DNA of 60,932 nt, filler included. It is 8 parts of 8 records of this genome, joined end to end, with 100 filler letters (N's around TTAATTAATTAA, not from the genome) between each part and the next. Parts side by side here need not be neighbours in the genome. Positions count along the whole stretch, not along the records: positions 18,376 to 26,847 come from SRR31147125_107058; positions 26,948 to 34,633 come from SRR31147125_107231; 6 more parts are not named here. One strand, given 5' to 3'. The notes under the pieces were generated by a model that had not been told where the DNA came from, made no database searches, and saw only the letters and a list, made by a program, of their open reading frames with translations. This document shows positions 20,546-30,469 of the stretch, one piece after another (the first letter of the stretch is position 1; each line of letters begins with the position of its first letter). Made by a program: the position numbers and the translations under genes.

Positions 20546-21613
20546 TCAAGAAACATCTATTGACTTGGTGGCATAATCGACGATGTGCTGAGGAATCTCA
20601 CCGAGAGAAAGGACTTGCCGTGCTCCGGCGTTCTCCACGGCGGCCTGAGGCATGCCCCATACGATGGAACTGTCCTCGTCCTGAGCGACAGTCCATGCAC
20701 CCGCCTGCTTCATCCTCAGCAATCCGTCGGCTCCGTCCCGGCCCATTCCGGTCAAGACGAATCCGGCGGCGTTTTTCCCGAGACTTTCGGCGATAGAGTT
20801 GAACAAGACATCGACTGAAGGTTTCTGATATTGGACTTTCTCTCCATCGGAATGACGCAAATACAGGTTGGCCCCTCGTCGTTCCACTTCTGTATGGAGG
20901 CCGCCTTTTCCGATGTAGACTGTGCCGCGCTGAACTGATTCGCCGTCCTCCGACTCCTTGATGGTCAAGCGGGAGAGATCATTCAGGCGACGGGCGAATT
21001 GGGCAGTATAAAGGGGCGGCATGTGCTGAACCACCAAAATGGGTGGAAGATTCGCCGGAAGGGTCTGGAATATATGCTCAAGAGCGACGGTCCCTCCGGT
21101 CGAGGAGCCGATTCCGATGACGGCGTCGGATGTTTTTAAACTTCTGAGCTGGTTTTCTCCAATCGAAACCTCCACGGGATGGAGTCTTTTAAGAACGACA
21201 CCTCTCCGAGTCAAATAGGTGTCTTTAACCTGCCAGGCACTGACGATTTTGTCGTGGATTTCCTTAACTGACTCGTTGACTGAAATCGCGCCGGTCGGTT
21301 TGTTCACGACATCGAAAGCTCCTAGTTCCAGGGCTCGAATCGAAGCGCTGGCATCTTCGGCAGTGACGGAACTGACGATGATGATCGGAATAGGGTAGTA
21401 GGTCATCAGCTTCTTGAGGAACGTTAGGCCGTCCATCTTCGGCATTTCGATATCCAATGTAATCACATCGGGTTTCAAAGAGAGGATCTTGTTTCTCGCG
21501 ATGAACGGATCGGGAGCTGTTCCCAAGACGTCTATGTCAGGATAGCTGTTGAGCTCCTCCTCTAGAACGCTCCGGACAATAGCTGAATCATCGACAATCA
21601 GAACGCGAACCAC
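20546..21613 (-). CDS. cheB: Chemotaxis methylesterase CheB
   Basis: Receiver domain (VLIVDDS, DVITLDIEMP) plus GSSTGG, VQHMP and LTGMGRDGA. Confidence 0.96.
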   Translation of the reverse strand: MVRVLIVDDSAIVRSVLEEELNSYPDIDVLGTAPDPFIARNKILSLKPDVITLDIEMPKMDGLTFLKKLMTYYPIPIIIVSSVTAEDASASIRALELGAFDVVNKPTGAISVNESVKEIHDKIVSAWQVKDTYLTRRGVVLKRLHPVEVSIGENQLRSLKTSDAVIGIGSSTGGTVALEHIFQTLPANLPPILVVQHMPPLYTAQFARRLNDLSRLTIKESEDGESVQRGTVYIGKGGLHTEVERRGANLYLRHSDGEKVQYQKPSVDVLFNSIAESLGKNAAGFVLTGMGRDGADGLLRMKQAGAWTVAQDEDSSIVWGMPQAAVENAGARQVLSLGEIPQHIVDYATKSIDVS

Positions 21614-21615
21614 GG

Positions 21616-22076
21616 CTACTCCGTCAAACTGATGATTTCATCCACCGATATGATAGTATCCAGATTCAGAATCATCGCCATCTCATCCCGCATCCTCGCG
21701 ATGCCCAAAAGGTATTGAGTTTTCATTTTCAGTCCCAATCGCGGTGTATCCTCGAGATGCTCCGATTCGATATTCACGACTTCGTGAACGGCATCCACGG
21801 CTATTCCCAAGCTATAAATGCCGCTTTTGCCATTGATATCAACGATGATGAAGACCGTTTTCTCATGGTATTCCACTTCCGGCAGCCCGAACTTGGTCCT
21901 CAAGTCCAGGACGGGGATGATTTTCCCTCGGAGGTTTATAACCCCCTTATGTAATCCAAGGTTTTCCTGATGGGAGTAATCTTCTCATGGCGGATTATTT
22001 CCCGAACCTTGATGATGGGCATTCCATAGTATTCGGAGAGAATCGAGAATATCAGGTACTTATCGGATTCGGACAT
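21616..22076 (-). CDS. cheW: CheW (frameshift near 21948)
   Basis: GGAG RBS, then MSESDKYLIFSILSEYYGMPIIKVREII...(I)KGVINLRGKIIPVLDLRTKFG...GIAVDAVHEV. The span is 461 nt, one base short of a whole number of codons. Confidence 0.9.
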
Positions 22077-22087
22077 CTACCATCTCC

Positions 22088-23995
22088 TTAAAACTCACTG
22101 AATTCTTCTTCAAGGGGAATCTGCTCTTCCGCTGATACAAGTGAGACGCCGGTATCGTCCTTCTTCCGTTCAGGCGTTGGAGCCTCGGAGTCCCGTTCCT
22201 CATCGACAGTCTTTCTTTCGAATCGGTTCTCAGACAAACGACTCTGTTGTCTGTCGAATCCAGAAGTCTTGTTTTCCAAGCGCCCTTTGACCATGAGAGT
22301 CAGCTGGTCAACGACACCGTTGAGGCTCTCGGCTTGTCCCGCCAATTCTTCACTGGCCGCCGCTGTTTCTTCCGCGCTAGCAGCAGTTTGCTGGACAACT
22401 GAGTTCGTTTGTGAAATGGCTTGGGTAATCTGATTAATTCCCCTCATTTGTTCTTTGGACGCCCGGTTGACTTCATCCAGAAGAACGCCGACCTTGGACG
22501 CTTTCTCACCGGCGCCGATTTGGACTTCCATAACTTCATCACCGAGGGTTTCTCCCTTCTCAGCGCTTTCGATGGCTTTTTCTATCAAAGATGCCGTTTC
22601 CTTGGCCGCTTCGGAGCTCTTATGGGCCAATTCCTTTACCTGATCGGCGACAACGGCGAATCCACGCCCGGTTTCGCCCGCTCTGGCGGCTTCCACAGCC
22701 GCATTCAAAGCCAATATATTCGTCTGAAACGCTATGTCCTCAATCACCTTGATGATTTTGACGATCCTCTTGCTGTTCTCGCCGATTTCGTTCACTGCTC
22801 CCTTAAGTTGACCCATGCGCTGGGTTACGGTCTCAGTGCCCTCGGTCGTCTCCTTCATCATCAACTCGCTTTGGTTGATGTTCTTGGTGTTCATTTCCAC
22901 GACCGATTGGAGTTCTTCGATGGACGATGTGATTTCTTCGATGCTCGACGCGAGTTCCGAGGATCCGCTGGAGAGTTCCTGACTGGATGAAGAGATTTGA
23001 TAGGAAGCGGCTTCTAAGCTGTTCGAACCCGATGCGAGGCTCTGGGTGACTTTGGAAATCGGGCGTCCGACGAAAATCATAATCATTATCGCCAGGATGA
23101 GGATCAGCATGATAAGGGAAATCCCACTGATGATGGAAATCTCATTCCGCATTTGAATCGAAAGGCTCAATAAATCGCTTTCATCAATACTGGCGGCGAT
23201 AAACCAAGGCTGGACTTCGGATTCCTGGAAGAACAGATACTTCATCCGACCACCATATTCGTAATATTCCATACCCGAAGTGTCCGATGACTCGATGATA
23301 TTCGTGACGAAATCGTTATTCAGGATTTCACCGACGATAGACGTATCAGGATGAGCGAGAGGAATTCTACGATCGTCGAAAACGTACGCATACCCGGAGT
23401 CACCGTATGTTGTCGGGATGATTCGGCTTTCTGAGAAACTCTGCATGTCGAAGGATACCAACATCGTACCGACCATCCGGTTTCCGTTCACCACCGGGGA
23501 GGCGAAGGAGAGGACAAAGCCACCGTCAGGCGTATTCCGGGGATAAGGAGCGATATAGGCGGTTTCCATCAGTGTTGAAACAGACTCCCAATAATCCAGC
23601 CCGGAAACATCGCTTCCGCGATTTCCCCCATTCGGGTAATCGGCGATGATCTTCCCTCGATTGTCGGTAAAAGCGACTTCGTATACGTTTTCCAAGGATT
23701 CGTAGCTGGCCCGAGCGAGGGCTTGGAGACCGTCCGTGTCATTGTTCTCGTAGGCATCCCGAACCTCTGATTTCTGTACGACTAATTGTACTCGCCGGCT
23801 TATATTGAGAAAGATGTCATCCAGCATTTCTCGGAACATCCGGGAAGAATTCTCCATATTGGCAATCTGGGTTTCGCGAACGCCTTCGGTGATACTACTC
23901 GTCACAATGACGACGATCAGGCCCAAAACGATGACAAACAAGAGGACAACCAATCCGATGATTTTCACGGATAGGCCCAACGATCGTTTTTTCAT
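22088..23995 (-). CDS. Methyl-accepting chemotaxis protein (dCache sensor, C-terminal pentapeptide EFSEF)
   Basis: TM-Cache-[32 protein letters not shown], and an unstructured tail ending in an xFxxF motif. Confidence 0.95.
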   Translation of the reverse strand: MKKRSLGLSVKIIGLVVLLFVIVLGLIVVIVTSSITEGVRETQIANMENSSRMFREMLDDIFLNISRRVQLVVQKSEVRDAYENNDTDGLQALARASYESLENVYEVAFTDNRGKIIADYPNGGNRGSDVSGLDYWESVSTLMETAYIAPYPRNTPDGGFVLSFASPVVNGNRMVGTMLVSFDMQSFSESRIIPTTYGDSGYAYVFDDRRIPLAHPDTSIVGEILNNDFVTNIIESSDTSGMEYYEYGGRMKYLFFQESEVQPWFIAASIDESDLLSLSIQMRNEISIISGISLIMLILILAIMIMIFVGRPISKVTQSLASGSNSLEAASYQISSSSQELSSGSSELASSIEEITSSIEELQSVVEMNTKNINQSELMMKETTEGTETVTQRMGQLKGAVNEIGENSKRIVKIIKVIEDIAFQTNILALNAAVEAARAGETGRGFAVVADQVKELAHKSSEAAKETASLIEKAIESAEKGETLGDEVMEVQIGAGEKASKVGVLLDEVNRASKEQMRGINQITQAISQTNSVVQQTAASAEETAAASEELAGQAESLNGVVDQLTLMVKGRLENKTSGFDRQQSRLSENRFERKTVDEERDSEAPTPERKKDDTGVSLVSAEEQIPLEEEFSEF

Positions 23996-24001
23996 TACCA
24001 G

Positions 24002-24364
24002 CTACTCCTTTATTAACATGCCAATGACATTCATCAGCTGTTCTTCATTGAACGGTTTTATCATCCATCCCGTGGCGCCCAGGGCTTTGGCCTGAGCCAT
24101 CTTGGCTTTGTCCGTCTCGGTGGTGAGCATCACAACCGGCGTTGCAGAATCGAACTTCCGGAGCTCTTCGAGAAGGGTCAGGCCATCCATGACCGGCATG
24201 TTGATGTCCAGGATGTACAACTTCGTCCGTCCCAGGTTTTCCTTTGCCTTTTCCAGACCGACGGCGCCGTTTTCAGCCTCGACAACCTCCGTGAGGTCGT
24301 TCATGGTGAGCGCTTTCCTGATGACATCCCTTCCGATGGCCGAGTCGTCAACAATCATAATCAT
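24002..24364 (-). CDS. cheY: CheY response regulator
   Basis: Single receiver domain (IMIVDDS, LDINMP, MLTTE, GWMIKPF) between cheA and the MCP gene. Confidence 0.9.
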   Translation of the reverse strand: MIMIVDDSAIGRDVIRKALTMNDLTEVVEAENGAVGLEKAKENLGRTKLYILDINMPVMDGLTLLEELRKFDSATPVVMLTTETDKAKMAQAKALGATGWMIKPFNEEQLMNVIGMLIKE

Positions 24365-24377
24365 TTCGCTATCTCCA

Positions 24378-26540
24378 TTAGTGATTCACTATTGCCTTAC
24401 GGATGAATTCGTCGATATCGACGACGAATCCAATGGTGCCATCCCCGAAAATAGTACCGCCCGAGAAGAGATTCATCTCTCTGAGAACTTCGTTCAGGCT
24501 CTTGATGACGATTTCCTGTTTCCCGAGAACTTCATCCACGGCGATGCCATAAATGGAGTCTTCATACGCGATGAGGAGAATGATGTATTCTCCGGGATTC
24601 TTTATAACCGATTCACCGGTAACGAGCTCTTCGGTGAAAATGACCGGAATATGGCGTTCCCTGTCGTATAGGATGACATCGCCGTCTTCCATTCGCCGGA
24701 CATTCTCCTGCGTCGGAACGATGATTCCCTTGATGATGTTGAAAGAGAAGATATATCTTTCGTTCCCCACCCGTGTAACGAATCCGTCGATGATGGCCAG
24801 AGTGAGGGGTAGTTTTATGTTGAACGATGTACCTGATCCTTCTTCTGAGGTTATCTCGACGCGTCCGTTGATTTTGTCGAGATTCATCTTCACGACATCC
24901 AGTCCTACGCCTCGGCCTGAAAGTTCCGTGACGTTCTTCGCGGTGGAGAAACCGGGCTGGAAGATCAGGTCGAAACAGAGCTTAGCATCCGCTTGATATG
25001 ACAGAACGTCCTCTTCGCCTATCAGCTTCTTTTCCAGGGCTTTCCCGATGACGCGTTCCTGATCGATGCCGCAGCCGTTGTCCGCGACGGTGATTTGGAT
25101 TCCGTTTCCCTTGTGTTCCGCCGTGATGGTGACGATTCCTACAGGAGTCTTGCCCTTCGCTTCCCGCTCAACGGTTTCTTCGAGGCCGTGATCGACGGCG
25201 TTTCGGACAATGTGGACTAAAGGATCATGAATGGCTTCGATTATGTTTCGATCAAGCTCCGTCTCTTCGCCCTTGATGACTGTTTCCACGATCTTGCCGG
25301 TATCCCGCGCAGCATTGCGGATGACCACGCGGAGCTTATTGAAAACCTCGGCGATGGGGACCATTCCCATGGACAAAACGATATTCTTGATATTCGTAGT
25401 AATGAGGTTGAGTTGTCGGAGTTCCCGCTCCTGAACCGATTGGCCGGCTGTAACCTCTTCCCTGATCATCGATTGGTTCACTACCAACTCGCCCACCATG
25501 TCGACAAGATCGGTGAGTTTCGAGGAAGAGACTTTGACATAGGAATATTTCGCCTTCAGGGATGATTGAACTTGAACCGCCGCCGCAATGTCCTCTTCTT
25601 CAACGGCGTTCTCTTCCAGGGCGATCTCTCCGAAACGGCGGTCTTCCTTTTCCTGGCGCCCGAGAATCGTCTCGATGGTCTTGCTGTCGATTTTCCCCAG
25701 GCCAGTGAGGATTTCACCGATCTTCTTGATTCGCCGGTCTTCAACGATGGTTCGTATCACCCGGATGATCGACCTGATGTCGATTTCAATGAAACTCTTG
25801 ATTATGGTGCCCCGGCGGTACTGAGATGTCTCGAAGACATCAGCGAGTCGCCGGAGGAAATTGACGCCATAGAATATGACATCTACCAATTCGGGGGAGA
25901 CGGGGATTTCCCCGTCACGAACCAAGGCCAGCATATTTTCGATATAATGGGCCGTTTCCTCGATATTCTTCACGCCGAGGAAGGCCGATGAGCTTTTTAT
26001 CGTATGGAATCCCCGGAATATCGTATTGATATTTTCCTGGTTCCCAGAATCGTATTCTAAATCCAATAGTGCGATTTGGACATTGTCCAAGTGCTCGACG
26101 ACTTCCGCTACGAATTTGCGGAGCATTTCTTCGTCGTCGATGAGGGTCTCGAACCAATGTTCTTTCACGACGAGATGTTCGTCGTCTTCGGAAGCGTCAG
26201 AATCATCCGCATCTGGGGAAGGAAAGAAACGGGTCAAGACTTCCATCGCCGAGTCGGGAGAAATCTCATCCCTCTCCGCCGTTCTAAGAAGGTGAAGGAT
26301 TTCATCGATGAATTCCTTTTGGGACTCTAGGACGGCGATGCCCTTAAAACAGGGAAGGACTATCTCAGCGATTTGTCCGAGAGACTCGCCGTTGAAGTGG
26401 TTGATGAGCGCTTCTAGGTGCGCTCCAATGGCCGAAAGCGATATCAGATCACCCTCTTCGAACTCCTCCATGAGCGCCCAAATAGAATCAGTATCGGGAA
26501 CAGGGACATTGTTTTCGTTTTCCATACAAAGCTTCACCAT
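24378..26540 (-). CDS. cheA: CheA histidine kinase with MshEN-like motifs between Hpt and the dimerization domain
   Basis: Hpt IFRGFHTIKSSS, DLVDMVGELVV, DPLVHIVRNAVDHG, SGRGVGLDVV and a CheW-like P5 domain. Confidence 0.95.
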   Translation of the reverse strand: MVKLCMENENNVPVPDTDSIWALMEEFEEGDLISLSAIGAHLEALINHFNGESLGQIAEIVLPCFKGIAVLESQKEFIDEILHLLRTAERDEISPDSAMEVLTRFFPSPDADDSDASEDDEHLVVKEHWFETLIDDEEMLRKFVAEVVEHLDNVQIALLDLEYDSGNQENINTIFRGFHTIKSSSAFLGVKNIEETAHYIENMLALVRDGEIPVSPELVDVIFYGVNFLRRLADVFETSQYRRGTIIKSFIEIDIRSIIRVIRTIVEDRRIKKIGEILTGLGKIDSKTIETILGRQEKEDRRFGEIALEENAVEEEDIAAAVQVQSSLKAKYSYVKVSSSKLTDLVDMVGELVVNQSMIREEVTAGQSVQERELRQLNLITTNIKNIVLSMGMVPIAEVFNKLRVVIRNAARDTGKIVETVIKGEETELDRNIIEAIHDPLVHIVRNAVDHGLEETVEREAKGKTPVGIVTITAEHKGNGIQITVADNGCGIDQERVIGKALEKKLIGEEDVLSYQADAKLCFDLIFQPGFSTAKNVTELSGRGVGLDVVKMNLDKINGRVEITSEEGSGTSFNIKLPLTLAIIDGFVTRVGNERYIFSFNIIKGIIVPTQENVRRMEDGDVILYDRERHIPVIFTEELVTGESVIKNPGEYIILLIAYEDSIYGIAVDEVLGKQEIVIKSLNEVLREMNLFSGGTIFGDGTIGFVVDIDEFIRKAIVNH

Positions 26541-26558
26541 TTAGCCGTCTTAACTATG

Positions 26559-26586
26559 TTATCGACATAAACCCATCTTAACTATA
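26559..26586 (-). promoter_or_regulatory. Putative sigma28 promoter of the cheA operon
   Basis: The minus strand reads TATAGTT...GTCGATAA (TATA-N16-GTCGATAA) just upstream of cheA. Confidence 0.5.
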
Positions 26587-26847
26587 TGGGTTTGGAGTCG
26601 TTTAACAGAAAAAAAATGGGAATGTAAGAAACGCGGAAACTCCATATTCGTATACCCGTGGTGAAGCTTTACTCATCTGATCCAAAAAAAATAGAAAGTT
26701 TTCTGTATTAGCTGATAGTCTGATCGGACCACCATGTTTTGTTTCAACAAGGATTTACAGCAAGCCATCTTTGAAGTCGCCACATCCAACCGTAAGAATC
26801 TGTTTTTCATACTTCTGATCCCGTACTGACAATAAATTACCGCCAAA

Positions 26848-26947
26848 NNNNNNNNNNNNNNNNNNNNNNNNNNNNNNNNNNNNNNNNNNNNTTAATTAAT
26901 TAANNNNNNNNNNNNNNNNNNNNNNNNNNNNNNNNNNNNNNNNNNNN
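26848..26947. other. Artificial contig-joining spacer
   Basis: Same 100-nt linker. Confidence 0.99.
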
Positions 26948-26975
26948 CTCTCTTCTCTCTTCTCTCTTCTCTCTT
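26948..26975. repeat. Heptamer tandem repeat (CTCTCTT)x4 at the contig edge
   Basis: ctctctt occurs four times directly after the spacer and probably caused the assembly break. Confidence 0.75.
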
Positions 26976-27083
26976 CTTACTTTTTGCTTTCACTTCACCA
27001 TCCCGATAATTCATCAATCTTCCCTTCCCCCTTCTTCAGGGTCATACCGCCTCATTCTACTTTTCCAAGTCAAACTCACATAA

Positions 27084-27099
27084 AGGCATGAGAATTGCT
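27084..27099 (+). promoter_or_regulatory. Sigma54 promoter of the flgB operon
   Basis: AGGCATGAGAATTGCT has GGCA and TTGC at the canonical -24/-12 spacing, about 120 nt upstream of flgB. Confidence 0.7.
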
Positions 27100-27221
27100 T
27101 TTTATATGTCAAACGATTTCCGATTCAATGACAATCATTGAATCTCATGATTGTTGAAACGCTTGGGAGACAAGGCGCTCCGAAAAAAATAACAAGCAGA
27201 TGAGACATAAAAAGGTGCCAA

Positions 27222-27644
27222 ATGAGTGACTCAAGAATCTATAATCGAACGTTTGATATGCTGTCCCACTCCCTTGATATTTCTGCAAAGCGGCACAATC
27301 TCATTGCCGGAAATATCGCCAACATGGATACCATCGGTTACAAACCGAGAGATCTCGATTTTGTGAAGACGTTGGAGTTGGCCATGGGAGACAGAAAACC
27401 CAAACCGCAACAGCCCATCCACATGACCCATGAAAAACATTTTCCCGGCTTTGAAGTCGAGTCGCCGGAGTCCATGAAAATTTATAACACCGAAGATGTG
27501 GACATCCATCATCTCGATTCCGTGAATATCGATACGGAAATGATGAACATCATGGAAAACAACGTGAAATACCGGACGGCATCGGAGATGCTCATGCGGA
27601 AAATGAGCATCCTCAAGACCGCCATTCAGGAAGGAGGAAAATAA
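27222..27644 (+). CDS. flgB: Flagellar basal-body rod protein FlgB
   Basis: RHNLIAGNIANMDTIGYKPRDLDF, THEKHF and VNIDTEM...NNVKY. Confidence 0.95.
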   Translation: MSDSRIYNRTFDMLSHSLDISAKRHNLIAGNIANMDTIGYKPRDLDFVKTLELAMGDRKPKPQQPIHMTHEKHFPGFEVESPESMKIYNTEDVDIHHLDSVNIDTEMMNIMENNVKYRTASEMLMRKMSILKTAIQEGGK

Positions 27645-27647
27645 ATC

Positions 27648-28166
27648 ATGAATCATTTACTGATGTCATCCAAAATCAGCGGCACCGGCCTTGCCGCCCA
27701 TCGATTCAAGATGAATCTCATTGCCCAGAACCTTGCCAATGTCGATACCACCCGAACCAAAGAGGGGGGCCCTTATCGTCGTCAAATGGTTATTTTCACA
27801 GGCAAAGACATCGATGATTTCGAAGATGCTCTGGATAAAGCCCAAAAAAAGGCGGATGATAAGAGTGAGGGCATTGCCGAGATTGAGTTCGAGCCCATCG
27901 AATTCAATAAACCGCGTCGAGAGAGCCGGGGGACGGGATGTGATGTGGCAAAGGTCGTAAAATCCCAGGAAGATTTCAGGCTGGTGTATAATCCGGCCCA
28001 TCCCGATGCAGATCCTGATACCGGGTACGTGAAAATGCCCAACGTGGATCACCTGACGGAAGTGGCGGATATGATCGTTGCCAAACGTGCCTACGAGGCC
28101 AGCGCCACAGCCCTTGCCAATACCAAAAGCATGATCGCAAAAGCCCTTGAGATCGGAAAACAGTAA
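27648..28166 (+). CDS. flgC: Flagellar basal-body rod protein FlgC
   Basis: NLANVDTTRT..GGPYRR and YNPAHPDAD..GYVKMPNV...RAYEAS. Confidence 0.96.
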   Translation: MNHLLMSSKISGTGLAAHRFKMNLIAQNLANVDTTRTKEGGPYRRQMVIFTGKDIDDFEDALDKAQKKADDKSEGIAEIEFEPIEFNKPRRESRGTGCDVAKVVKSQEDFRLVYNPAHPDADPDTGYVKMPNVDHLTEVADMIVAKRAYEASATALANTKSMIAKALEIGKQ

Positions 28167-28182
28167 TGGAAAGCGTGTTGCA
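28167..28182 (+). promoter_or_regulatory. Possible internal sigma54 promoter upstream of fliE
   Basis: TGGAAAGCGTGTTGCA has the correct GG/GC spacing at the start of a 156-nt intergenic gap. Confidence 0.45.
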
Positions 28183-28322
28183 GAACAGGCTGGAGAAATT
28201 GAGAAAACCATCTGACGTAGCAAAGTGATAAATGAGGTGGGAATGTCGGAATCTATTGACGCTTAAGCGACTGACAGCCATTATTTTCAAGTAATCCAAA
28301 GAGCAAGGTACAAGGTGACGCC

Positions 28323-28649
28323 ATGAATGAAACAATCCCATTATCCCGTATCAGGCCTGTGACGCCGCTCATTCCGGACGGCAAAATTTCATTGAAAACC
28401 GAGCCCATTGCCGATCGTGTCGAACGGCGGGATCCTTCCTTTACCGAGCGTCTGAATGCCGCTATCAAGGATGTCAACTTTAAACAGAATTTTGCAGATG
28501 AGACCACGGAAGGGGTACTTAAAGGGGAAGTGGGAATTCATGAGGGGATGATGGCCATCGGAAAAGCGGATACCTCCCTCAAGCTGCTTACGGCTGTCCG
28601 ATCCAAAGCCATGGAAGCCTATAAAGAAATCAGCAACATGTCCTTTTAA
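28323..28649 (+). CDS. fliE: Flagellar hook-basal body protein FliE
   Basis: SFTERLNAAIKDVN, IHEGMMAIGKADTSL and VRSKAMEAYKEISNM. Confidence 0.93.
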   Translation: MNETIPLSRIRPVTPLIPDGKISLKTEPIADRVERRDPSFTERLNAAIKDVNFKQNFADETTEGVLKGEVGIHEGMMAIGKADTSLKLLTAVRSKAMEAYKEISNMSF

Positions 28650-28708
28650 AAGGCCGCTATGACAACGATGATGGAAATAGTTGATGGATGCATGAGAGGA
28701 TAAGAGCA

Positions 28709-30469
28709 ATGAATCCTTTTTTTGAACAGGTTATAGAATTTTTCAAGGAAATGCCCCTTTACCGGAAAATCGCACTGGGTGTGGTGGCTGTTTTATTGAT
28801 TGTCGGTTTTATCACCATGTTCGTTTGGACAAACAAAACCACCTTCAAGGTCGCTTATACGGAGCTGACTGAAGAGGATGCATCCGTCATCGTGACAAAA
28901 CTCAAAGAGTCCCAAACTCCTTACAAGCTCAAAGACGGCGGCACCACCATTGAAGTGCCCGAGGCGCAAGTGTACGATGTGCGCCTCTCCATGGCAAGCC
29001 AGGGCATTCCCAAAGGATCCGGGGTCGGCTATGAGATTTTTGATCAGACCGATTTCGGCACCACCGAATTTGTTCAGAAGATCAACCGCCTTCGCGCCAT
29101 CCAGGGGGAGCTTGCCCGGACCATCAGCGCATTTGATGAGGTCAAGGATGCCAAGGTGATGATTGTTCTCCCCAAAGATTCCGTATTTGTGGAAGAAACC
29201 AAAAAACCATCCGCCTCCATCATGTTGAATCTCAAATCCGATATTGATGATGAAAAGATCGCAGCCGTCGCTCACCTGGTGGCCAGCAGTGTCGAAGATC
29301 TGACTCCGGAGCTGGTGACCATCGTGGATACCGCCGGGCGAATTTTGTTTGAGGCCAGTGTCATGGCGGAAAAAAAACGTCAGGAAGAGGAAGAAAATGC
29401 CCAAAGCCTGGCTCAAAAAATGGCCCAAAATCAATATGAGTACAAAGATCGTTACGAAAGGGATCTGGCAAAACGGATCGAAACCATGCTGGAGCGTATC
29501 GTTGGAAAGGATAAAGCCATCGCCCGTGTGGTTTCCGACATGGATTTCAGTACCAACAGCATGAGCGAAGAGATCTACGACCCCTTGCAGCTCAACAACA
29601 GCTTCATTCGAAGCAAAAAAATGATGAGCGAAGGCGGTACAAAGCGGATCGAAGGGGAAGGGGAGCCTTCAAGCGTCAACCCCATCGTGCCGGAGGACGA
29701 CCCCAATGGAAACGCCACCATTGAGCAGCTGAATAAAAGCAGTGAGACCGTCAACTACGAGATCAGCCGCAGAACCCGAGAGACCGTCAAACCCATGGCC
29801 GTCATCAAACGCCTCTCCGTGGCTGCCGTGATTGATGGAACCTACGAGATCAAAACCGATGACTCGGGAAATCGGGTGCGTTCCTATGTTCCTCGATCCG
29901 ATGAGGAGATGCAACGGTTTCAACAACTGGTCAGCAAAGCCATGGGCTATAACGAAGAGCGGGAGGATCAAGTCACCATGCAGTGTCTCTCATTTGCCTC
30001 CATTGAAGAGATGGCCCAGGAGGTGGTGGAAGAGAAGGGCTGGCGCATGATCCAGAAAGAGTACGGCCGTACCATTGCCAACCTCCTTCTCATTATATTG
30101 CTTTTTTTGTTTGTGATTCGACCCATCATCAAGACGGCAAAGGATATCCAGACCAGTGCCGAGCAGGCGGCGTTGCCCGAGCCTGAAGATATGGAAGCCA
30201 TTGAAGCGGAACCGGAAGAAGAAGAGCCCACTTTTATTGAGATGCAACCTCAAGATCAGAAGGATTTTCTCAATGCCATGCCCCCGGAAGAGCGGGAAGC
30301 GTTCATCCAATCCCTTCCCTCCTCGGAAAAAGAGGTTTATTATGCTAGTATCAAGGTCTCTGAGAAAGCCGCCCATTTAGCCAAGGAAGATATCGAACGA
30401 TCGGCAAATATCATCAAAGGGTGGCTGAAAGAGTACCAGGAACAGCAGAGTGAGGAGGGGAATGAGTAA
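28709..30469 (+). CDS. fliF: Flagellar MS-ring protein FliF
   Basis: N-terminal TM, GYEIFD...GTTEFVQKIN..RAIQGELARTI, NYEISR, KRLSVAAVIDG and a second TM. Confidence 0.96.
   Translation: MNPFFEQVIEFFKEMPLYRKIALGVVAVLLIVGFITMFVWTNKTTFKVAYTELTEEDASVIVTKLKESQTPYKLKDGGTTIEVPEAQVYDVRLSMASQGIPKGSGVGYEIFDQTDFGTTEFVQKINRLRAIQGELARTISAFDEVKDAKVMIVLPKDSVFVEETKKPSASIMLNLKSDIDDEKIAAVAHLVASSVEDLTPELVTIVDTAGRILFEASVMAEKKRQEEEENAQSLAQKMAQNQYEYKDRYERDLAKRIETMLERIVGKDKAIARVVSDMDFSTNSMSEEIYDPLQLNNSFIRSKKMMSEGGTKRIEGEGEPSSVNPIVPEDDPNGNATIEQLNKSSETVNYEISRRTRETVKPMAVIKRLSVAAVIDGTYEIKTDDSGNRVRSYVPRSDEEMQRFQQLVSKAMGYNEEREDQVTMQCLSFASIEEMAQEVVEEKGWRMIQKEYGRTIANLLLIILLFLFVIRPIIKTAKDIQTSAEQAALPEPEDMEAIEAEPEEEEPTFIEMQPQDQKDFLNAMPPEEREAFIQSLPSSEKEVYYASIKVSEKAAHLAKEDIERSANIIKGWLKEYQEQQSEEGNE

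Noticed and set aside
26740-26847. Possible gene 3' end at the edge of the chemotaxis contig
   Set aside because: Only about 30 codons with no recognisable motif, so it cannot be supported.
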